DNA from: a virus
Length of the DNA: 64,000 nt
Direction: 5' to 3' (one strand)
IMG/VR virus record: IMGVR_UViG_3300045988_082442
Location: 149,709-213,708 of that record
The notes below the pieces were generated by a model. That model was not told the origin of the DNA. It did not search any database and was given only the letters and a program-made list of their open reading frames with translations. Position numbers and translations under genes: made by a program. Positions 54,261-61,531 of this stretch are shown here, piece after piece. Numbering within the stretch: position 1 is the stretch's first letter; each line of letters opens with the position of its first letter.

Positions 54261-55790
54261 ATGGGAAAGTCAATGATAATTGAAGCTCAAGATTCTTCTC
54301 TTGTATATGAAAAAGGACAAAAAGGTGTTCTTGGAAAACTTAGTGGGGTATTTGCTAATTTCCGTACTGGCACTAGAAATGGTGGTAGATTATACAATGA
54401 GGAGCTTATTGATAAAAGAATATTTGGAAATGAAGATGTAATGGAAGCTCTTGAAACAAGAACTCTATTTGGTGAATTAGACCACCCTGAAGGAGATAGA
54501 TGTGAAACTTTAGCTCAAAATGCTGCAGTATCTATAATAAAATTAGAAAAAGATGCTGAAGAAGGAGTTGTAAAAGGGGAAGCATTAATTCTTGATACAC
54601 CATCTGGTAGAACTTTAAAAGCATTAGTAGATAGTGGAGCAAAAATGGGAATATCAAGTAGAGGTATAGGAGAAGAAATTATAAGTAATGGTCAAACAAT
54701 AATAGACCCAGATACATACGATTTCATAACATTTGATATAGTTGTTACACCAGCAAATAAAGGTGCAAGACTTTCATTAGTTGAAAGTAAACAAAAAGAT
54801 ACAATGCTATATAAATCAATTAAAAAAGAAATCAATGAGTGTATAAGTTTAAATCAGCTAGACCAATTAAGTAAAGTTGTTGAAAATAACATCCCAGTTG
54901 GTAAAGCAAGATTAAAGAAACTTATTGAAGATAAGATAACTACACTTACATCTGATGAAGATATTACAGATAAAAGTGAAGATATACAAGGTAATGAAGA
55001 TATTATACCTAACAATGTTCAAGAGGAACCAGTTGAAAAGACTGATAAACTTGAGGAACAAAAACTTGTAAACAATGAATTACAAGATGCATCTGCTAAA
55101 CTATTAGAGGAAAATAAATCTTTATTAGAAAGAGCAGAAAAAGCTGAAAGAAACAATAAGCTATTGCAAATTAAACTAAAAGAAAGCAGAAAGTTAGAGA
55201 AGAAATCAGAAGTATCTTTAAATGAATCTAAAACAGATAAAGAAGAAATCATTAGAAAACTTAAAAAGATAAATGAAAGTAAACTTAAAAATGTAGAAGG
55301 AACATATAAAGATAAGATTAAATCTTTACAAGAAAGCTTAAAGAATAGTGAAATTGAAAATAGTAAGTTACTTGAAGCAAACAAACTACTAGGAAAGAAG
55401 TCAGTTGAATTGAATAACAAATTAGTAGAATCTAATAAGTTAAACGAAGAAACTAAATCTAAACTAGAAGAAGCACAATCTAAATTAGTTGAGAGTGCAA
55501 ACCAAATTAAAATGTTAGAAAATAAAGTTGTAGAAACTAAAGATGCTAACAAATCAAAGCTTGAAGAAAATAGAAAGCTTGAAGAAAGTAAGATTTTAAA
55601 TCTACAAAATCAATTAGAAGAAGCTAGAAATCAAATATCACAACTAACTGAAGCCAAAGAAAGAATAGCTAAGTTACCATTTAATATAACACAAGCAAAT
55701 CTTAAATATGAAGGCTTACAGCATGAAATAAGTATAAGTGATGATGATAAAGCATTATTCGATACAATGGTTGAAATGAACCAAAAATAA
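54261..55790 (+). CDS. T4 gp21-like prohead core protease fused to a coiled-coil scaffold domain
   Basis: GGRLYNEELI...LFGELDHP...KMGISSRGIGE parallels the remembered T4 gp21 NKRLYPKRIL...LGELNHP...GVSSRGLGS. The C-terminal 300 aa or so is K/E/L/N coiled coil. ATG 54261 is preferred by RBS. Confidence 0.8.
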   Translation: MGKSMIIEAQDSSLVYEKGQKGVLGKLSGVFANFRTGTRNGGRLYNEELIDKRIFGNEDVMEALETRTLFGELDHPEGDRCETLAQNAAVSIIKLEKDAEEGVVKGEALILDTPSGRTLKALVDSGAKMGISSRGIGEEIISNGQTIIDPDTYDFITFDIVVTPANKGARLSLVESKQKDTMLYKSIKKEINECISLNQLDQLSKVVENNIPVGKARLKKLIEDKITTLTSDEDITDKSEDIQGNEDIIPNNVQEEPVEKTDKLEEQKLVNNELQDASAKLLEENKSLLERAEKAERNNKLLQIKLKESRKLEKKSEVSLNESKTDKEEIIRKLKKINESKLKNVEGTYKDKIKSLQESLKNSEIENSKLLEANKLLGKKSVELNNKLVESNKLNEETKSKLEEAQSKLVESANQIKMLENKVVETKDANKSKLEENRKLEESKILNLQNQLEEARNQISQLTEAKERIAKLPFNITQANLKYEGLQHEISISDDDKALFDTMVEMNQK

Positions 55791-55816
55791 TTAAAAATTG
55801 AATGGAGGAATTTATA

Positions 55817-56026
55817 ATGACAGGTAAAGCATTAGTAGAAGCAAATGCTAAATCAACAGTTGCTTCAAAATTTGAAAGCAGAATTAAATTAATAGAATCT
55901 GCAAGAAAAGCTGCTGGAAAACCAGCTATGTCTGCATATGAAAAAAATTATGTAGGACAATTATTTGAAAATGTTAGAAAAGGTAACTTATATAAAGAAG
56001 GATATACTCAAGTATCAAATGTTGCT
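55817..56026 (+). CDS. major capsid protein (T4 gp23-like), exon 1
   Basis: GGAGG RBS; ends at GCT 56024-56026, the proposed 5' splice site; an in-frame TAA follows immediately. Confidence 0.75.
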
Positions 56027-56372
56027 TAACTAATATTTAGTAATTTTCTAAATTCGGGTAACATTAAACACTGTGAATTGCTGGAACATCCTAAAGCTCA
56101 AAGTACCAAAGTGTGAAAATCTTTGAGATGTAACAATGGACAATCAGCAGCTGTTATTTGACAAATAAATGTCAAATATGCAGTTCAACGACTATCGAAA
56201 GTATAGACTAAGAGAAATACTTAGTTGAATAAATGAGTAGAGTACAACCTAAGTAGGTTGGAAGTGCAGTGCAACATATAAAGGTTAAAACAATATATGT
56301 TGAAGATATAGTCTAATCTTATATGAAAGTATAAGAGTTATAATGGAAACGATTATAGCGTAATGAATAATG
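56027..56372 (+). ncRNA. group I intron (IA2-like, td-like), ORF-less, 346 nt
   Basis: P1: exon AATGTTGCT 56018-56026 pairs with GGTAACATT 56057-56065, with the terminal U.G pair. P7: GACTAT 56190-56195 pairs with ATAGTC 56308-56313. AACGACTATC and GAAGATATAGTCT match remembered td-intron strings. P8 hairpin 56272-56302. P9 hairpin (6-nt TGAAAG loop) 56318-56335 plus a further 3' hairpin. Terminal G at 56372. Confidence 0.8.
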
Positions 56373-57542
56373 GGAATAAGAAAAGACTTATTTAATATGA
56401 CAACATTAGCTGTTCAAAACAGAGTATTACCAGAAGTAGTATCTGTTCAAGCTATGAGTTCAGCATTACAATATCTACCAATATTAGAATTTAAAGCAGG
56501 AGAAACAAAAGGACAAGTACAAGAAGGTATGATATTCAATAGTGGTGCTGGATACCAAGATATAGCTGATAGCCACTATGATGGAAAATATGTTGTAAAT
56601 GAAGTTTTAGCACCAGCTGGAACAACAGGTACAGTAGACATAGTTATATCAAGATTACCAATCAACGCTGGAACAATCAAAATCGTTGAAGGAACAAAAG
56701 TTGCAACAGATGACGGTAGCGGAAATATTACAGGTGATTTCACAGGTAAAATAGATTATACAACTGGTACAGGTACAATTACAGCTGCAGCTGCAGCTAC
56801 AGAAGACATCAAAATTTCTTATACTTATGCAAATGAAGAAATAAGAAATGGAGATAAAGGACCAGCTAAAGTTACATTAGGAATTACACCAGTTGAAATG
56901 AAAGCTGAAGAACATCAATTACAAGCTGTATATGCTTTATCAGCAGCATACAGACTAGACAAAGAATTTGGTGTATCTATGCCATTAGTATTTGAACAAC
57001 AAGTTGCTAATGAAATGAACAAAGAACAAGAAAGATTAGTATTCTCAGATATGTTTAACAATGCTCAAGGTGGAGCTGCAGTAGTATGGAGTTCAACACC
57101 AAGACCAGGTGTATCTGATAAAGACCATATTGATAGTTTACCAATAGCTGTAAACTTAGCTGCTGCTAAAATTTACCAAGCTACAGGTGGAAACTTAGGA
57201 GCAAGCTTTATACTAGCTGGTTCAAACGCTGGAGCTTACTTCGCTAAAACAACAGGATTCAATGCTGAAAATATGCCTTTAAATGGTGGAAGCTTCTATT
57301 TAGGAAAAATGGGTAACCTAGATGTATTCCAAGTACCAAGTTTAGCACCAAATGACTTCTTAATTGGAGCAAAAGGAAATGAATATTACAACGCAGGATA
57401 TGTTGTTGGGGACTACATGCCAATTACATTTACAGCCCCAGTATCTCTTGCAGATTTATCTACACAACAAGGTTGGTTATCAATCTATGCTAACAAAATT
57501 GTTAATGCTAAATTATATATCAGAGGAAGAATTACTGTTTAG
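56373..57542 (+). CDS. major capsid protein (T4 gp23-like), exon 2
   Basis: LFNMTTLAVQNRVLPEVVSVQAMS, EEHQLQAVYALSAAYRLDKEFG and the C-terminus parallel remembered gp23 segments; the frame joins exon 1 to give ...QVSNVA/GIRKDLF... Confidence 0.8.
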   Translation, partial: GIRKDLFNMTTLAVQNRVLPEVVSVQAMSSALQYLPILEFKAGETKGQVQEGMIFNSGAGYQDIADSHYDGKYVVNEVLAPAGTTGTVDIVISRLPINAGTIKIVEGTKVATDDGSGNITGDFTGKIDYTTGTGTITAAAAATEDIKISYTYANEEIRNGDKGPAKVTLGITPVEMKAEEHQLQAVYALSAAYRLDKEFGVSMPLVFEQQVANEMNKEQERLVFSDMFNNAQGGAAVVWSSTPRPGVSDKDHIDSLPIAVNLAAAKIYQATGGNLGASFILAGSNAGAYFAKTTGFNAENMPLNGGSFYLGKMGNLDVFQVPSLAPNDFLIGAKGNEYYNAGYVVGDYMPITFTAPVSLADLSTQQGWLSIYANKIVNAKLYIRGRITV

Positions 57543-57565
57543 TACCCTTTCAAAGATTAGAAATA

Positions 57566-57594
57566 AGAGATGTGAGAAATCACATCTCTTTTTG
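57566..57594 (+). terminator. rho-independent terminator after the capsid gene
   Basis: AAGAGATGTG / CACATCTCTT stem plus T5. Confidence 0.8.
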
Positions 57595-57603
57595 ATTTCA
57601 TGC

Positions 57604-57632
57604 TTGACCTATTACATAACCTATGGTATAAT
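57604..57632 (+). promoter_or_regulatory. sigA-type promoter TTGACC-17-TATAAT for endonuclease paralog 2
   Basis: Located just after capsid-gene terminator 57566-57594. Confidence 0.65.
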
Positions 57633-57654
57633 ATACTTATAGGGGGGTAATAAA

Positions 57655-59361
57655 ATGATAATTAAATGTGCTAATTGTAATAAAGAATTTGAACCAAGTA
57701 AACAAATTCAAAATAGAATAAAAAAGGAACCAGACAAACCTAGGTTCTGTTCTCCTAAATGTAGAGCAGAATATACTGGTAAGAAAAGAAAAATAATAGA
57801 AGAGTATATATGCGATTATTGTGGTAAGAAATTTATATTATCTAGTGACCAAAGACATGATAAAGCAAAGAATCCTAATAATAAATACTTTTGTGGTAGA
57901 CAATGCTCTGGTAAGTATAATATGTCAATAGAAGATAATGTCATAAAAAGAAACAAAAACTCAGAACAAACAAAACTAAATAAGTATGGAGATGCCCATT
58001 TTAATAATCATGATAAAACTGTAAGGACATTACAAGATAAATATAATGTAGATAATGTCTTTCAACTTGATAGTATCAAAGAGTTATCAAAATCAACAAA
58101 GCTAGAAAGATATAATGATGCTAACTACAATAACAAAGAACAAATTAGTAAAACACTTTTAAATATGGATGCTGATAAGAAGAAAGAATGGGTAAGTAAG
58201 AGAAAGAAATCACAATGTGATACTATTCAAAACAGAACAGATGAGGAATGGGAAGTTATAAAGAATAAATTATCAGAAAGTAATGCAAGAGCATGGAGTA
58301 ATTTCACAGATGATGAAAAGAATAGTATTAGAAAGTCTATGTCTGATAGTCAAAAGAAAAGATGGGAAGAAATGCCTATTGAAAAGAAGCGAGAATTATT
58401 TAAGAAGTATAGAATATCAATGATGGATAGATATGGAACCATTTGTAACTTTACAAGAGAAGAAGTACAAGAGAAGTCAAGACTAAATAACGGACATACT
58501 ATATCAAAAACTAATATAAAGTTTAGGCAAAGAGTACTAGAAGAAACTGGTGTGAACTTTACACTAGAAAAAGATGGATTTGATTTAGTGAAAGATGATG
58601 TTGCAATAGATATAAACCCAACATTTACCCATAACTGTGCTTTTGGGTTTGCATATTTAACAGGTAGAACTACTGAGAATAAACCCATTGCTGAAGATTA
58701 TCACTATAAAAGATATTTAAAGGCATCAGAACTAGGATACCATCTAATAAATGTGTGGGATTGGGACGATATAAATAAAATACTAGATATGATAAGAGAT
58801 AAGGAAACATTATATGCTAGAAAGTTACATATAAAAGAAGTATCTACAAAAGATACAGCTGAATTTTTAAATAATTATCATATACAAAATACATGTAAGG
58901 GACAAACTGTCAGATTAGGTTTATATATGGATGATGAACTTGTAGAACTAATGACATTTGGTAAACCAAGATATAATAAGAACTATGAATGGGAATTACT
59001 TAGATTATGTACTAAACCAAATTATATAGTAGTAGGTGGTGCTGAAAAACTATTTAATTGTTTTGTATCTAGCTATGAACCTAACTCTATTATAAGTTAT
59101 TGTGATTTATCTAAGTTTACTGGTAATGTTTACAAGAGATTAGGATTTACACAAAATAATAAAATATTTCCTAGTAAGCATTGGTCAAAAGGAAGTGAGC
59201 ATATTACTGATAACTTATTAAGACAAAGAGGTTATGACCAATTATTTAATGCTAATTATGGTAAAGGTACTTCTAATGAAGAATTAATGATTTTAAATGG
59301 TTGGTTACCAGTATATGATTGTGGTCAAGCAAGTTATACCTGGACAAATTCAAAGGGGTAA
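57655..59361 (+). CDS. free-standing homing-endonuclease-like protein, paralog 2 (two Zn ribbons, KYG repeats, nuclease core, C-terminal domain)
   Basis: CANC...CSPKC, CDYC...CGRQC; NKYGDAHFNN, DKYNVDNVFQ; LYARKLHIKEV..FLNNYHIQN..VVGG; own promoter 57604-57632. Confidence 0.65.
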   Translation: MIIKCANCNKEFEPSKQIQNRIKKEPDKPRFCSPKCRAEYTGKKRKIIEEYICDYCGKKFILSSDQRHDKAKNPNNKYFCGRQCSGKYNMSIEDNVIKRNKNSEQTKLNKYGDAHFNNHDKTVRTLQDKYNVDNVFQLDSIKELSKSTKLERYNDANYNNKEQISKTLLNMDADKKKEWVSKRKKSQCDTIQNRTDEEWEVIKNKLSESNARAWSNFTDDEKNSIRKSMSDSQKKRWEEMPIEKKRELFKKYRISMMDRYGTICNFTREEVQEKSRLNNGHTISKTNIKFRQRVLEETGVNFTLEKDGFDLVKDDVAIDINPTFTHNCAFGFAYLTGRTTENKPIAEDYHYKRYLKASELGYHLINVWDWDDINKILDMIRDKETLYARKLHIKEVSTKDTAEFLNNYHIQNTCKGQTVRLGLYMDDELVELMTFGKPRYNKNYEWELLRLCTKPNYIVVGGAEKLFNCFVSSYEPNSIISYCDLSKFTGNVYKRLGFTQNNKIFPSKHWSKGSEHITDNLLRQRGYDQLFNANYGKGTSNEELMILNGWLPVYDCGQASYTWTNSKG

Positions 59362-59418
59362 TGTTATAATATATTCATATATTTTAGTTGTGTCATAAAT
59401 AATACCTAAAAAATAAAA

Positions 59419-59448
59419 AATCTGGAAGTGTAAGTCCCAGATTTTTTC
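59419..59448. terminator. bidirectional terminator between convergent genes
   Basis: AATCTGG / CCAGATT stem flanked by A6 and T6. Confidence 0.65.
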
Positions 59449-60333
59449 TTATATCTCATCTATATAATATATTGGTGTATTATCTTTCTTGAAATGTTGT
59501 TTTATCTCTCTATTTATTGTTATACCTTCATTATTATCCTTCTTTACTTTTTCTTTCAGATTATCTTTTGTTACTCTGTATTTATCTCCATTTGTTAATA
59601 TTAGATACTTTGTTACAAATGTTATTTCTATTATCCTTGACACAAATTCACTAAATATATCTTTACTAAATGTAAATCCATACCCTGTTCCTAGGCTATC
59701 TTTTTCTACATCTACCCTCATTTTCCAATCCATATCTAATGGATATTCTAATACTGTATTACCAGAAAGTACTTCTTTAAAAATATTATTCTTATCCTCT
59801 ACACCATCTTTCTTACGAATTATTGGTAAACCACTTGATGTATATATGTCCATTCCCACTAATAATTTACAATCTGGTTCACTTCTTGCTAATACTGTTA
59901 CATTACTTAAATGAGATTCTACTCTTTCTTTTAATCCCTCTAAGCCATCTAGTACATCTGTACTATTATTCTCCTGTATTATTTGTAGTACTTCTTGTTC
60001 ATCTGGGTATGAATATTTAAACATATTTTCTAATGTTGGTTTAATATACAAGTATGGAATATCTATATTTAACTCTTTAGCCTTATTCTCAAAGTAATCA
60101 TAAGGTTTTCCTAACATATCTTTATTGTGAAAATTTAGTAAGTTTATTACACCCTTTCCTGATACATACACTATTGGATAATCTTTATTCATTTTTAGTC
60201 TGTGGCTATTGGCTTTTACCATTGTATTATATTTAGCAATCTCATTTTTAAGTACCATATTCAACACCTTGGTTGATGGACCATTTCCTGTACCTTTCAA
60301 TGATTGTGCAATTTCTAATTTACTTTCTAACAT
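59449..60333 (-). CDS. hypothetical protein, 294 aa, reverse-strand cassette divergent from the methyltransferase operon
   Basis: Own reverse promoter 60368-60396, GGAGG RBS, bidirectional terminator 59419-59448. Confidence 0.8.
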   Translation of the reverse strand: MLESKLEIAQSLKGTGNGPSTKVLNMVLKNEIAKYNTMVKANSHRLKMNKDYPIVYVSGKGVINLLNFHNKDMLGKPYDYFENKAKELNIDIPYLYIKPTLENMFKYSYPDEQEVLQIIQENNSTDVLDGLEGLKERVESHLSNVTVLARSEPDCKLLVGMDIYTSSGLPIIRKKDGVEDKNNIFKEVLSGNTVLEYPLDMDWKMRVDVEKDSLGTGYGFTFSKDIFSEFVSRIIEITFVTKYLILTNGDKYRVTKDNLKEKVKKDNNEGITINREIKQHFKKDNTPIYYIDEI

Positions 60334-60367
60334 AATCTACCTCCTCTATATTGATAATATCTATTTA

Positions 60368-60396
60368 AGTATATTATAAGTTTTAAATTTTGTCAA
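60368..60396 (-). promoter_or_regulatory. early-type promoter cassette on the reverse strand (-10 TATACT)
   Basis: Reverse complement reads CACTTGACAAAATTTAAAACTTATAA TATACT; drives 59449..60333. Confidence 0.65.
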
Positions 60397-60443
60397 GTGT
60401 TTTTATAAACTTTAAAAGATGTTATTATAGATGAGGTGAAATT

Positions 60444-60710
60444 ATGATTATTACTTATAATGGAAAATCTTTTGAAACAAAGTTCTATGAGCCAATTTCA
60501 GAAGAATATTATCAAGAATTAAAGAAAGAATATTTTAAAAAACCAGATATTGAAGAAGTTAAAGACCAAATATATAAATTATCACAGGGAAGCATTCAAA
60601 ACAATAAAATAACATCATATTACTTTAAAGATATAATGGCTAAAGTAAGATTATACTCTTGTAAATTCTCAGTAGAAGAAGTATTTGATTGTAAGCTTCT
60701 TTATTGCTAA
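60444..60710 (+). CDS. hypothetical protein, 88 aa, overlapping the methyltransferase ORF
   Basis: GAGGTG RBS; the 26-nt overlap with the next ORF in another frame may hide a frameshift. Confidence 0.6.
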   Translation: MIITYNGKSFETKFYEPISEEYYQELKKEYFKKPDIEEVKDQIYKLSQGSIQNNKITSYYFKDIMAKVRLYSCKFSVEEVFDCKLLYC

Positions 60711-61452
60711 AACAAGGGAAAACACAAAAGTCTTTCAAGAAGATGAAACTATGATAAATAAGATTACAAGAGCTATTCAACTAGGTGGTAAAGGTTGTGC
60801 TTTATTTCCTACACAGTTTCCTATTAAAACTATAAATGATGTCCTAAACTTCTATAATATAAATGGTAATTACTATGATTTTAGTTGTGGTTGGGGTGTT
60901 AGATTAACAGGAGCATTAACTCATAGAATAAACTATTTTGGAACTGACCCTAATTATTTACTTACAGAAAAGCTAAATCAATTTGCTAATGATTATAAAT
61001 CTGTTATTAGAACTAATAGTACTGTTGATATTAGAACTCAGGGAAGTCAATACTTTATTCCAGAATGGGAAAATAAGATAGGTTTAGCATTTAGTAGCCC
61101 ACCATACTTTTACTTAGAAGATTATAAAATAGGAGACCAGTCTTATACAGAAGGGACTAGTTATGATAGCTGGAAATCAGACTATTTAAAACCTACTTTT
61201 GAAAACATATATAAATATTTAATTGATGATGGATATTTCCTATTAAATATAAATAACTTTGATAAGTTTAAACTTGCTGAAGATAGCATTAAAATTGCTC
61301 AAGAAGTAGGTTTTCATTTAATTGGATATCATACATTAGAAAACATTAAAAGATGTAAATCATCTGGTGGTTTTAATGATAATAGTGAGAAGATATTTGT
61401 ATTTAATAAGAATAAAGACAAAGGTATAAGGGAAGCAAATCACCTATTTTAG
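60685..61452 (+). CDS. DNA methyltransferase (N6-adenine or N4-cytosine type; motif I before motif IV); start may be ATG 60751
   Basis: YDFSCGWG (FxGxG-like motif I), FGTDPN, SSPPYF ((D/S)PPY motif IV). Confidence 0.7.
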   Translation: MIVSFFIAKTRENTKVFQEDETMINKITRAIQLGGKGCALFPTQFPIKTINDVLNFYNINGNYYDFSCGWGVRLTGALTHRINYFGTDPNYLLTEKLNQFANDYKSVIRTNSTVDIRTQGSQYFIPEWENKIGLAFSSPPYFYLEDYKIGDQSYTEGTSYDSWKSDYLKPTFENIYKYLIDDGYFLLNINNFDKFKLAEDSIKIAQEVGFHLIGYHTLENIKRCKSSGGFNDNSEKIFVFNKNKDKGIREANHLF

Positions 61453-61467
61453 GGTATCTAATTTATT

Positions 61468-61483
61468 GTAAAATATTAATGAG
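61468..61483 (+). promoter_or_regulatory. late-type motif copy 14, inside the loop of inverted repeat 61450-61498
   Basis: 49 nt before ATG 61532; flanked by TTAGGGTATCTA / TAGATACCCTAA arms. Confidence 0.55.
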
Positions 61484-61531
61484 GGATAGATACCCTAATC
61501 ATTTACAGAATGAAAAGGGGGTTATATTTTA

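Noticed and set aside
55019-55552. 177-aa - strand ORF inside the protease/scaffold gene
   Set aside because: It is a shadow of the K/E/L coiled-coil coding region (the antisense reads as an S/F/L-rich string) and has no promoter or RBS.
57364-57642. 92-aa ORF overlapping the 3' end of the capsid gene in another frame
   Set aside because: It has no RBS, it runs through the capsid terminator and the next promoter, and the capsid frame is the one with family similarity.
59489-60020. + strand ORFs 59489..59914 and 59823..60020
   Set aside because: They are antisense shadows of the - strand gene 59449..60333, which has a clear promoter, RBS and terminator.
60444-60760. Idea that 60444..60710 and the methyltransferase ORF are one gene split by a frameshift
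   Set aside because: The overlap (60685-60710) and the lack of a good RBS for 60685 or 60751 make this possible. I could not find sequence continuity that argues for a single protein. I leave them as two ORFs with an uncertain methylase start.
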